From: a virus
Virus record (IMG/VR): IMGVR_UViG_3300032242_003291
Coordinates: 208,285 to 272,284 of that record
Direction: 5' to 3' (one strand)
Length of the DNA stretch: 64,000 nt
In this document: one piece after another, positions 35,762-44,453 of the stretch
Position numbering within the stretch: the stretch's first letter is position 1
How the letters are laid out: each line of letters opens with the position of its first letter
Notes under the pieces: generated by a model
Databases searched by the model: none
The model's input: the letters and a program-made list of their open reading frames with translations, nothing else
Told to the model about the DNA's origin: nothing
Translations under genes and position numbers: made by a program

Positions 35762-37180
35762 TTTAGATTCTTTTTCTTCTTCAATCTTTTCTTTTAGTTT
35801 TGTTTTGAATTCGTTGGCTATCATCTTTGTAAATTTAACATAAGGGTGGTCTTCGCTCTCAGGATTATAACGATAAGAACCTTGAGGTGGTCTTGTACCT
35901 CTACCCAAATAACTTAATCCTCCAATGTTTGTGATACATTTATGCCCACCTGAATTAGATTGAATTAAATCCCATGCATTTACCAAGATACTGTCTAAAA
36001 TGTTTTTTTCTCTATCAGTCAAATCTTTGAATGGTTTCTCCATCATCTCCCTAATCTTATCTAAAGCTTCCTCCCCTTTTGGAATACCTATGAATTTACC
36101 ACCATATATCGCATCAAAATCTTGGAACGTATACCCAATACTTTCAGGACCAACACTAGTCTCGCTAATCCATTTAATTGTAGATAATGGTATTTTCTTG
36201 TCTTTGAGTTGACCTTCCCATTTTGATAATACTTCTTGTGCTATCTCACCTAAATTTACGCCTTTAAGTCCTCGGTCTTTTTTGAAGGGATTACAAGATG
36301 CTTGAACTAATCCCATGGGCCAAGCCATAATCAAAAAATCGGATTCAGGATTATTTCTGAATGGTGTGTATCTATCATAAGAACCTGGTTTGAACATACT
36401 ACCACCACCATATTGATAAATTATATTATCACTAACCTGAGGAAAATCCTTCATTTGTTGTGCATAATCATCTGCATTTGATTGTAATTCTTCAGGACCT
36501 ACTGAATTGGTCTTTTTCATCCACTCTTTGATGTTTCCTAATATTGAAAGTAATGATGGTTCCGAATCCATAACCAATCCTTCCAAAAAACCTGGCTTAT
36601 TTTTGAATGCTAAAATTAATTTGTTAATGACCAAACCTAACAACATTTTATTTTTTTGTAATGATTTGTCTTTATCGAATCTGTATATATAATTTACGAC
36701 TTCATCAGGAGTAATATTGTGTTTAATAAAATCCGCAGAGTCTACAGTATTAATTAACAAAACATCTGATGTTGGAAACAAATCTTTTGTTGATACTACT
36801 TGAGATATCGTTTCGACATTTGAACGTGCACCTCTAAATTGTTTTGATGTTCCCTTTTCAACCCCTACTTGTGTGTCATGATGGTCAGTATGAATTTTGA
36901 ACATTGGTTTACCGTGAGCAAAATCTACAAGGACAGGCATTGTATCACCTGTTGCATCATTTTTTTTAACTGAAAACTCCTTGTCACCATATTGAATTAC
37001 ATGAGCCCCAACAACATCAATACCATTATCTTCAAGATATTTTTTCATTGCAATTGCTGTTGTAACACCATCTAAGTCCTGATGAAAATAAATTTCGGCT
37101 TTGGGATATCTTTTCCTCAAAGCCGAAATATCTCTTATACCGCTTTCGTTAATTAATTTTTTCATTAAAGTCCAATCCAA
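35753..37180 (-). CDS. DHH-family phosphoesterase (NrnA/GdpP/RecJ-like catalytic core) with a large C-terminal extension.
   Basis: Motifs FHQDLDGVTTAIAM (DxD), LVDFAHG, IHTDHHDT (DHH). Confidence 0.55.
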   Translation of the reverse strand: MDWTLMKKLINESGIRDISALRKRYPKAEIYFHQDLDGVTTAIAMKKYLEDNGIDVVGAHVIQYGDKEFSVKKNDATGDTMPVLVDFAHGKPMFKIHTDHHDTQVGVEKGTSKQFRGARSNVETISQVVSTKDLFPTSDVLLINTVDSADFIKHNITPDEVVNYIYRFDKDKSLQKNKMLLGLVINKLILAFKNKPGFLEGLVMDSEPSLLSILGNIKEWMKKTNSVGPEELQSNADDYAQQMKDFPQVSDNIIYQYGGGSMFKPGSYDRYTPFRNNPESDFLIMAWPMGLVQASCNPFKKDRGLKGVNLGEIAQEVLSKWEGQLKDKKIPLSTIKWISETSVGPESIGYTFQDFDAIYGGKFIGIPKGEEALDKIREMMEKPFKDLTDREKNILDSILVNAWDLIQSNSGGHKCITNIGGLSYLGRGTRPPQGSYRYNPESEDHPYVKFTKMIANEFKTKLKEKIEEEKESKLK

Positions 37181-37530
37181 TTTAGGAATCTATCCATTAA
37201 ACCTCCTTCATCTGCAACAAGGTCTTGTAATTGTTTTCTGTCTTGTGGTGGCATTTTACTCCAAGTTTCTTCACCCCACACTCCATCAGGTCTTCTACAA
37301 CCAATACTTGATTGATATCTCGATATTGCTTGTGATGTTTGTGATGTTTGATTGATGTCCGTTTTACCGTCAACAGTCAGTGGTTGTCTATTATCACCTG
37401 TAATTTTTTTATTATTCAAGAATCTTTGAATTGCTCTAATGAATTGTCTATCCATGTTTTGTTCTGAAATAACTCTTTTAACAAGATTAGTTAAATCGTT
37501 TTCTGTAAGTCTTATTATTTTTTTTGCCAT
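37165..37530 (-). CDS. Propeptide-motif family member with a peptidoglycan-binding-like domain.
   Basis: MAKKIIRLTENDLTNLVKRVISEQ. LTVDGKTDINQTSQTSQAISRYQSSIGCRRPDGVWGEETW resembles the PG_binding_1 pattern DG.fG..T..A...fQ...gl..DGvvG..Tw. Confidence 0.5.
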   Translation of the reverse strand: MAKKIIRLTENDLTNLVKRVISEQNMDRQFIRAIQRFLNNKKITGDNRQPLTVDGKTDINQTSQTSQAISRYQSSIGCRRPDGVWGEETWSKMPPQDRKQLQDLVADEGGLMDRFLNWIGL

Positions 37531-37545
37531 GTTATTGTTTTTATA

Positions 37546-38718
37546 TTAAACTGCTGCTAATGCCGATTTAGCCACTTGACTACCAAATAGTGATGAGAAA
37601 AAGTCTCCCACAGGATTTGATGATGATGTTGATTGTGTTGTTGATTGTGAAGGTTGTGTTTGTTGTTGAGTTCCTTGAGGTGTTTCTGTACCAAAACTAT
37701 CTTTAAAATATTGTTGTGCTTGTGGTGTCTGATTATATTGTGCAACTTTAGACTCAAACTTATCTTGACCCATTTTTTCAACTGCTTCCTCAGGTCCTAC
37801 AAAATTTCCTATTCCCATCCAATCTAAAAAACCCAACCACCATTTGGTTTGTCTTGCTAAAGCTCTAACTGATTTGTTTCTACCCATCAACTGTGGCATG
37901 CCACCAAATAAAGTTTTCCAAGATAAAGCACCTTTAGTTGTCCTATATGATGTAAAGAGTCCTCCCGCTTCTTTGGACATTTTAATTAAATTTTCTAAGT
38001 TTTTAACTTGGTCAGCTTTGCTCAGTCTCAATATACCAGCACCACCCGCAGGAATTCCTTTAATTTTTGCCGCTAAATCAACACCAGCAGTTCTTATAGC
38101 CGCTCCTTTAGTTGCTCCTTTTTCAAATAATTCAATCCATTGTAATATTGTGTTTTTTAACCCTTTAAATGGTCCCATCGGCATTTTTTCGATGAAACCT
38201 TTCATTTTACTTCCAATTCTACCCATTCCCTCTGTAAATTTACCAATAATTCCACCACCTTTAGTAAGTTTTTCAAGTTCAGCTGCCGCTTCTACAGATT
38301 TACCTGCTTCAGATAATTTTAACACTCCCTCCAAAGCTTTGGCACTCGGTGCTCCAAGTTTTAATGCCCCCATCACAGGTTTTGCAACAATATCACCAAT
38401 ATATGGAACCGCAGACACTAAAGATAAAAATCCAAATAACTTATCTCCTTGAGAGATGTAAGAAATTCCATTAACTAAATCTACAACACCAGTTGGGTCA
38501 AAAATTCCAACAATATCACCCAATGTATTATACCAATGACTTTCATTTAATTTTTTGGCTTTTTTTGGATACAAAACTTTTAAGAATTCTACAACAAATT
38601 CTTTTTCGTTAGTTGAAAATTTTTCCCAATTTTCAGTTGCTAATTTCCTATTATTTTCTTTTGAAATGTTTTCTTGAATTACTGCAAGTTGTTTTGTGGA
38701 TATAATAATTTCCGCCAT
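37546..38718 (-). CDS. Hypothetical large virion protein. N-terminus MAEIIISTKQLAVIQENISKE. Gly/Ala-rich amphipathic body. Paralog of 563..2008.
   Basis: Shared segment LFGFLSLVSAVPYIGDIVAKPVMGALKLGA versus AFSLLPFIGEIPGVKQLGSKAMAALG. Confidence 0.5.
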   Translation of the reverse strand: MAEIIISTKQLAVIQENISKENNRKLATENWEKFSTNEKEFVVEFLKVLYPKKAKKLNESHWYNTLGDIVGIFDPTGVVDLVNGISYISQGDKLFGFLSLVSAVPYIGDIVAKPVMGALKLGAPSAKALEGVLKLSEAGKSVEAAAELEKLTKGGGIIGKFTEGMGRIGSKMKGFIEKMPMGPFKGLKNTILQWIELFEKGATKGAAIRTAGVDLAAKIKGIPAGGAGILRLSKADQVKNLENLIKMSKEAGGLFTSYRTTKGALSWKTLFGGMPQLMGRNKSVRALARQTKWWLGFLDWMGIGNFVGPEEAVEKMGQDKFESKVAQYNQTPQAQQYFKDSFGTETPQGTQQQTQPSQSTTQSTSSSNPVGDFFSSLFGSQVAKSALAAV

Positions 38719-38747
38719 TTTTATTTTTCTTTATAAATATCCAAGAA

Positions 38748-38775
38748 ACAAAAAAAGGGTCATTCGACCCTTTTA
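38748..38775 (-). terminator. Intrinsic terminator (gggtc-attc-gaccc followed by T-run).
   Basis: Downstream of minus gene 38776..39663. Confidence 0.5.
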
Positions 38776-39663
38776 TTATAAACCTAATTCTAATTGTTTG
38801 TTCAAATCAACAAAATGTTGTACTCTTTCTTTTGCAATTTTGGTATAAGCATCACTTAATTCAATCCCAATCCACCTTCTGTTCCATATTTCAGCAGCAC
38901 AAATACTTGTACCTGAACCTGTAAATGGGTCTAACACAATATCATTTTTATATGATAGTATTTTGATGGCTTTGACTGGAATATCCATTGAGAATGTTGC
39001 CTTAGTCAATTGCTTGGTATCTGCAAAGTAATCCCATTGACCATAAACTAAATCCATAAATTCTTTCTTATCATCTTCTTGATATACATTTTTCTTTTTT
39101 ACTGCACCGTCCTCCTGCTCGACGTCAATAATTTGTCCTTTCCATTGAGGTTCACCTTTAATTTTCTTAATGTGTGTTTTTTTGTAAGCCAACAATACAC
39201 ATTCTTTTGGATTATATATGTATGGTGCCGATGGTGACATCCAAGAACCCCACGCTGTGGTTTTACTCCTATGTGGAGATTCTTCTTCCAAATCAACTAT
39301 ACCATAAAACTTATAACCAATGTTTTTCATAATCTGCCAAAGTTCTGATACCATTAAAATTCTCCCACCTTTATCCTGTCTGTTAATTTCATAAGGAATG
39401 TTTAGGGCTATCCTCCCATCATCTTTCAATACTCTGTACGCCTCTCTTAACCAATTAGCACTGAAAACTTTGTATTGTTCAAATTCTATATCATCATCAA
39501 ATGTATCATATTTGATTCCAACACCGTAAGGTGGTGATGTTACGATTAGGTCTACGGAAGACTCAGGCATTTTTGCCATGACTTCAATACAATCCCCATT
39601 AATTACTTTACCTATATAATCTTCCATTATTTTTATTTTACTATTACTACGTCGCCCTTCCAA
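38776..39663 (-). CDS. DNA methyltransferase, beta-class amino-MTase (N4-cytosine or N6-adenine). Likely start MEDYIGKVINGDC at about 39627.
   Basis: Motif IV IVTSPPYGVG lies N-terminal to motif I VLDPFTGSGTS. This order defines the beta class. Confidence 0.65.
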   Translation of the reverse strand: MEGRRSNSKIKIMEDYIGKVINGDCIEVMAKMPESSVDLIVTSPPYGVGIKYDTFDDDIEFEQYKVFSANWLREAYRVLKDDGRIALNIPYEINRQDKGGRILMVSELWQIMKNIGYKFYGIVDLEEESPHRSKTTAWGSWMSPSAPYIYNPKECVLLAYKKTHIKKIKGEPQWKGQIIDVEQEDGAVKKKNVYQEDDKKEFMDLVYGQWDYFADTKQLTKATFSMDIPVKAIKILSYKNDIVLDPFTGSGTSICAAEIWNRRWIGIELSDAYTKIAKERVQHFVDLNKQLELGL

Positions 39664-39866
39664 ATGACTTCATTTGCCTGACAACTCATATGATGTTTAT
39701 CCACTCGTTCACCTCTTTTATTATCCCAAACTAAATCTCTTGTGGTGTGTAAAGGTATCTCAACTATTACGTTAGATGCTGTCCATTCTACGCCATCAAT
39801 TAGAATTCTCCAAAACATGTGATTATCTTCACACAAGGTATTCCATCTTATTTTAACGTCTATCAT
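39633..39866 (-). CDS. Small hypothetical protein.
   Basis: ORF track. Confidence 0.3.
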   Translation of the reverse strand: MIDVKIRWNTLCEDNHMFWRILIDGVEWTASNVIVEIPLHTTRDLVWDNKRGERVDKHHMSCQANEVIWKGDVVIVK

Positions 39867-40297
39867 AACTTACCTTCTTGCTTTAGTTGTTCTCTGATTT
39901 TGGTTGCGGAGATTTCACTAACTTCTTGTGGTGGTATATGTTCGATAACATCATAACCGACTCCCCTTCCGAAATTAACTGACTCTATATCTGGGATTTT
40001 AATAACTTCAACCCTTCCTTCACTGATTAAATCCAACAATTCAACAGTTATGTTTGAATGAACTTGATTGGCTGTGAAAGGATTTTTTTCATCAGGTTCA
40101 ACATCCCTAATACAAATTAAAACATTTTTTCCTTGTTCTAATCTTTGGTCTATTAACCATCTATGACCTGCGTGCCATGGCTGCCATCTTCCAATAAACA
40201 TTGAATATTGTTTACCGACGCTGTTTTTTAATTTTGGGTCTCCCTCTACGTGTATTTTTTCCATATTAATATTCGTACGCCAGAATTGTTCTAGCAC
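39863..40297 (-). CDS. HxGH nucleotidyltransferase, closest to NMN/NaMN adenylyltransferase (NadM/NadR type).
   Basis: FIGRWQPWHAGH closely resembles the NMNAT signature GRFQPxHxGH. The C-terminal ISATKIREQL resembles the ISSTxIR motif. Confidence 0.55.
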   Translation of the reverse strand: MLEQFWRTNINMEKIHVEGDPKLKNSVGKQYSMFIGRWQPWHAGHRWLIDQRLEQGKNVLICIRDVEPDEKNPFTANQVHSNITVELLDLISEGRVEVIKIPDIESVNFGRGVGYDVIEHIPPQEVSEISATKIREQLKQEGKL

Positions 40298-40709
40298 ATT
40301 CTTGAACCGTTTTATTATCAGTATTGATATCTACGAAAAGCTCAGTTGGAGCTTCATAGTTTTCTACAAAGAAATTTTCACGTCCTCTCACCTCTGTTGT
40401 ATGAACGTAAAATTCAACAAGATTATCTCCCATTTTTTTCTTGAAGTTCTCTCTTTGGTCTTTATACGGTGAAACTAACGACACAATAACATTATGTCCT
40501 TTAGATACTAGATATTGTGAAAGTTGTTGAGCCAACTCGATATTCTTTCTTCTACCTTGTTCCGAATAATCTTTATTATCAAATAATTCTCTGATGTCAT
40601 CACCATCAACATTGAATGAATTTTGAGTTAAAAGATTATTACAAATGTATTTTGCAATTGTAGTTTTTCCTGCTCCAGGTTGTCCTGTTAGCCAATAAAT
40701 TTTAGCCAT
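40266..40709 (-). CDS. P-loop kinase, best match adenylylsulfate (APS) kinase CysC-like. The alternative is NadR-type ribosylnicotinamide kinase.
   Basis: Walker A GQPGAGKTT. Then VDGDDIRELF corresponds to APS-kinase LDGDNVR. KNIELAQQL corresponds to ENIRR. LVSPYKDQRE corresponds to ISPYRxDR. Confidence 0.55.
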   Translation of the reverse strand: MAKIYWLTGQPGAGKTTIAKYICNNLLTQNSFNVDGDDIRELFDNKDYSEQGRRKNIELAQQLSQYLVSKGHNVIVSLVSPYKDQRENFKKKMGDNLVEFYVHTTEVRGRENFFVENYEAPTELFVDINTDNKTVQECARTILAYEY

Positions 40710-40932
40710 TGTTTTCTAAGTTTTTTATTTTTCTATCTAAATAGAATGCCGCTTTCTTGAGGTCTTCCAATTCTTTTGCAGGGTCTTTCTTACCCGCTCT
40801 TGCAACATATTTAACTACATTGAATAGGTACGCATCATAATCTAATCCCCAAGCTTCACAGACTTTTATTACTTCGTATGGATTATCTGCCCCACCATAG
40901 TGAGAAGGTCCATTTACCATTTCTTTACTCAT
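40702..40932 (-). CDS. Small conserved phage protein, DUF3310-like (HYGG motif).
   Basis: MSKEMVNGPSHYGGADNPYEVIKV. The assignment is from memory of the family and is uncertain. Confidence 0.3.
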   Translation of the reverse strand: MSKEMVNGPSHYGGADNPYEVIKVCEAWGLDYDAYLFNVVKYVARAGKKDPAKELEDLKKAAFYLDRKIKNLENNG

Positions 40933-41037
40933 TTTTTATTCCCCCATTTTTTTTCCATGTACTCAATATACCTGTCAGTTTTATTACCGTTGTATAAGAA
41001 ATATACAAAATAATAATCCCAAATCCAGTCTAATTTT

Positions 41038-41325
41038 TTAAGAAACTTTTTCATTTTTCTTCTTTTTCTTTTCTTTATCTTTTTGGTATTGTGCCGCGGT
41101 GTTTAAAGAAACTGCTGCCGCCTCATCGATTAAAACTTTATCAGTTTCGTGATTAGGATTAACTTCCGTTTCAACAACTTTCTTTCCTTTTGATAACTTC
41201 CACTCTGTTTTGGAAATATATTGCCAGCTGCTGCCGACCATATTCATTGCAGTTTTTTCATCAACTCTTTTGATGTCACCTACATCTACGCCTTTAGACG
41301 CTCTGATTGCTTTGATACACTTCAT
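41038..41325 (-). CDS. Hypothetical protein with a Lys-rich C-terminus.
   Basis: ORF track. Confidence 0.3.
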   Translation of the reverse strand: MKCIKAIRASKGVDVGDIKRVDEKTAMNMVGSSWQYISKTEWKLSKGKKVVETEVNPNHETDKVLIDEAAAVSLNTAAQYQKDKEKKKKKNEKVS

Positions 41326-41533
41326 TGGTTTTTTCCTCCATGTTTTTTTTGTTATTTATAATAGATAGAATCTCTTCATCAGTTTTTCCCTGAATGAATA
41401 GTTCATATATTTCTACGCTTTCATCATCTTCGAAAGTGAGTCCATCACTTTTTCCGTAATACTTTCTTAAACCGCCTTCGCTCAAGGCTCTATAACTTCT
41501 TTCAAAGTCTACATATCGTTGATTGAATCCCAT
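41294..41533 (-). CDS. Hypothetical protein.
   Basis: ORF track. Confidence 0.3.
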   Translation of the reverse strand: MGFNQRYVDFERSYRALSEGGLRKYYGKSDGLTFEDDESVEIYELFIQGKTDEEILSIINNKKNMEEKTNEVYQSNQSV

Positions 41534-41551
41534 ACAACAAAGATAGTAAAA

Positions 41552-42331
41552 TTATAATTCAGAGTCAAAATTACTTATCTTTTGAAAATTAACTACCTGA
41601 AAGACATATTGCATAATTTTACGTTTCATAATTGGAATTAACGTTTCTTGCATTGGAAATGATTGTGAACATCTTGTTTCAAAGATTGGGAACTCTTTGT
41701 AATTTTCAACATTTGTCCAACTTGAAAATGTATCAATGATATATGAAAGTGTTAATTCGCTCGGCTTCCCTTCGTATATTAATTTTAGATATGTCTTATT
41801 ATTATGGTCTGTTTTTTTTGTTTTCTTTATTTGGTATTCCCAAACCATAATCTTATTTTCTTCTTTATGATAAAAATAGATATAACCAACACCTCCGTGT
41901 AAACCTTCTTTATTTTTTTTGATGGTGACTTCTAAACTATCAAACGCTAAATTCCAAATAGATTTTGCCATATTGAAAGCATCAAACAATTTATTACCTG
42001 AATAACTAATTGTTTTGTTAAGTTCAACTTCTTCTTCTTTAGTAAGTTCTCTTGGTTTTTTGGCAACTAATTCTTTAACAAGAATTTCATCATCACAGGA
42101 TTCAAATTTCTTATTGGTTAATAATAATGTATTCTCTTTAACTAAAGATTGTATGTTGGCAAGATGTAATGACAATTCAACAAAGTCGGGATATATCTCC
42201 AAATTGTTAAATCTCTTTTCACATTTTTGAAGATAGTCTAGCAAAGTATATTTGTTGAATTCAAAATCCAATGGTTCTTTTAACATCCATTCAGGATTCA
42301 ACTTAAACGCTTGTTTTTTCTTTCTACCCAT
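41552..42331 (-). CDS. Hypothetical protein.
   Basis: ORF track. Confidence 0.4.
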   Translation of the reverse strand: MGRKKKQAFKLNPEWMLKEPLDFEFNKYTLLDYLQKCEKRFNNLEIYPDFVELSLHLANIQSLVKENTLLLTNKKFESCDDEILVKELVAKKPRELTKEEEVELNKTISYSGNKLFDAFNMAKSIWNLAFDSLEVTIKKNKEGLHGGVGYIYFYHKEENKIMVWEYQIKKTKKTDHNNKTYLKLIYEGKPSELTLSYIIDTFSSWTNVENYKEFPIFETRCSQSFPMQETLIPIMKRKIMQYVFQVVNFQKISNFDSEL

Positions 42332-42357
42332 ATATCAAATATAAATCTATGATTGTC

Positions 42358-44118
42358 TTAATCAATCCTGATTACATAAATTAAATCATTTTGTATTCTT
42401 ACTTCATCAACATTTCCGTCATAACTACCAATACATCCACCATAACCATCCGCATCAATTACCCCTTGGATAAAATCATCTTTATCTATGTAATCCTGCC
42501 AATCAAGTCCAAAGTCATTCATAAAGTATTGTGGGTCCCTTTTAACATCATTAACTAAGTCATCTACTTTCTCATCCATTAAGTCCTCGGGAAATTCACC
42601 TTCAGGATTTTCTTCAATCTCTGTAATTTCATCATTATATTCTTCGATTCTTTCATTAAGTTCTTCAATTTTCTCATCTATGTCTGAATCATCATCACTA
42701 CCATAATGGTCCTCTAAACTCGAGATTGTTTTTTCTGCTTGCTCAATTCTCATTTTTAAGATATCAATCTTTTCAACTTGCTCATCTGAAAGTTGTCTAT
42801 CTTCATCATTGAAATATGAATCAGGATTTTGATAAACATCTTCATTGTAGATTTCATAAGCTCTGTGTGCCACAGCTTCTTCATCTATATAAGACTGTGC
42901 AAACCCTTCGCTAAATCCTTCATAACCAATATCGTCAATTAAACTTTCGACATAATCGTAACAACTTCTGTCCATATCCCCTTCGAATCCTGCAGCATAT
43001 CTATTACCATCAACAGGGCTATCAATTAATTCAAATTCAGCTAAACTGTAATGTTCTCCTGTTGGAATTATATTATATACATCCACCTTATCTTCTTTCA
43101 AACTTTCAATCTCTTCTTCTAAAGATTCTATTTGGTCTAACAATCCTCTATCTACGTCCTCACCATTATCATATTGGCGTTGTAATTCGTCAATTTGATT
43201 TTGGATAGAATCTATTTCGGCTCTATCTTCATTTGTTAGTACTTCAACCTCTCCATTATCAACTAAATAATTCAATACCGCATGTGCAAGTAAACCTTCA
43301 TTTGGACAATTGGGACCTAACTCCCATTCATTATTTTGTCTTCTTTCTTGAGATTCTTCTTGTCTCCCGTGTTTTAATTTTTTTAGTCTTAATTTGTCTT
43401 GTCTTTCTCTTTCTTTTTTTGCTTCTTCTTGGTCTCTAAAAACTTTTAATTGGGACGCATATTCTTCTTCCATATAAGAATTAATTGCATCACTTATTTT
43501 ATTATATTCAACTGAACCTAAAGTTTCAGGTAACGATTTTATAGTTTCATCAACCGCATTATAAGAAGACTTATCATCATTGAATTTTTGTAAAATTGCT
43601 ATTTTATATAATGGGTCGTCGGTTTTCTTTGTTTTATCCAAAATATAAAATAACTTACCATCCTCATTATATCTTTTGAATTGATAATCAGAGTCCGCAG
43701 CAGTACACCATTTAGTTCCTCTACCGTAATAACAAGAAGCTTCATGTGTTTGTGGATTTACAACAAAAAATCTTGGGTCTTCATAAACAACGTTACCTCC
43801 CTCAACTTTCTTAATTTGTCTTCTTGGTTTATTTTCATAATCCTTTAATGCTTGAATTAGTTGTCCTGCATTTTTATATTCATTAATATCTGGCTGTGGA
43901 AGATTAGTTGATATTTTTTCAAATTTATTAATTGCATCAACAAGTAATGGAAAATTTTCATCAAAATTTACCGTATCAAAACTCTTACCAACCCACATCA
44001 AAAACTTTTGAGGTATTGTATCAAGAATTTTTGTTATTTGTTCCTGAGTAAATTTTCTACCGTAACTGTTTTTGAAGTCATCAACTCTGTTCTCTAATAT
44101 AATTTCTGAAAATTTCAT
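42358..44118 (-). CDS. Large hypothetical virion protein. N-terminus MKFSEIILENRVDDF (I-L-E). Long acidic coiled-coil region.
   Basis: ORF track. Heptad-like E/D/K-rich stretches. Confidence 0.45.
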   Translation of the reverse strand: MKFSEIILENRVDDFKNSYGRKFTQEQITKILDTIPQKFLMWVGKSFDTVNFDENFPLLVDAINKFEKISTNLPQPDINEYKNAGQLIQALKDYENKPRRQIKKVEGGNVVYEDPRFFVVNPQTHEASCYYGRGTKWCTAADSDYQFKRYNEDGKLFYILDKTKKTDDPLYKIAILQKFNDDKSSYNAVDETIKSLPETLGSVEYNKISDAINSYMEEEYASQLKVFRDQEEAKKERERQDKLRLKKLKHGRQEESQERRQNNEWELGPNCPNEGLLAHAVLNYLVDNGEVEVLTNEDRAEIDSIQNQIDELQRQYDNGEDVDRGLLDQIESLEEEIESLKEDKVDVYNIIPTGEHYSLAEFELIDSPVDGNRYAAGFEGDMDRSCYDYVESLIDDIGYEGFSEGFAQSYIDEEAVAHRAYEIYNEDVYQNPDSYFNDEDRQLSDEQVEKIDILKMRIEQAEKTISSLEDHYGSDDDSDIDEKIEELNERIEEYNDEITEIEENPEGEFPEDLMDEKVDDLVNDVKRDPQYFMNDFGLDWQDYIDKDDFIQGVIDADGYGGCIGSYDGNVDEVRIQNDLIYVIRID

Positions 44119-44206
44119 TCAACTTTTATTTAATAAATATCTTTTGTATTGTATAATTGGATTACAAACATATTTATAATAATAAACAAAACAAAATTTA
44201 ATAATC

Positions 44207-44380
44207 ATGGGATGCGGATGCAAAAATAACGGAAATAACCCACCAGCTCAGCCACAAACTCCTCAACAAGTTCAACAGGCTCAACAAGCTAAGGTACAAC
44301 AAAATGAAAGTGTTAAATCTGCTATTAAAAAAACAGTAGAAAAATACTACAACGTGAACAAAACAAACACAAACGGCTGA
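44207..44380 (+). CDS. Small Gln-rich protein of 57 aa (MGCGCKNNGNNPPAQPQTPQQVQQAQQAKVQQ...), not in the ORF track.
   Basis: ATG-initiated ORF with no internal stops, followed by a plus-strand intrinsic terminator at about 44405..44436. Confidence 0.3.
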   Translation: MGCGCKNNGNNPPAQPQTPQQVQQAQQAKVQQNESVKSAIKKTVEKYYNVNKTNTNG

Positions 44381-44404
44381 ATCAAAGATTAAGGTATTTG
44401 TAAA

Positions 44405-44436
44405 AACTATTTCAAAGGAGCAATAAAATGCTCCTT
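44405..44436 (+). terminator. Intrinsic terminator (ggagca-ataaaa-tgctcc followed by T7).
   Basis: Hairpin plus T-run on the plus strand, after the small ORF. Confidence 0.5.
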
Positions 44437-44453
44437 TTTTTGTATTTATATGT

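Noticed and set aside
39863-40297. The HxGH nucleotidyltransferase as a miniature ATP sulfurylase partner of the APS-kinase-like gene.
   Set aside because: The GRWQPWHAGH and C-terminal ISATKIR motifs fit NMNAT/cytidylyltransferase-type enzymes much better than the sulfurylase QTRNPxHRAH signature. Kept only as a low-probability alternative.
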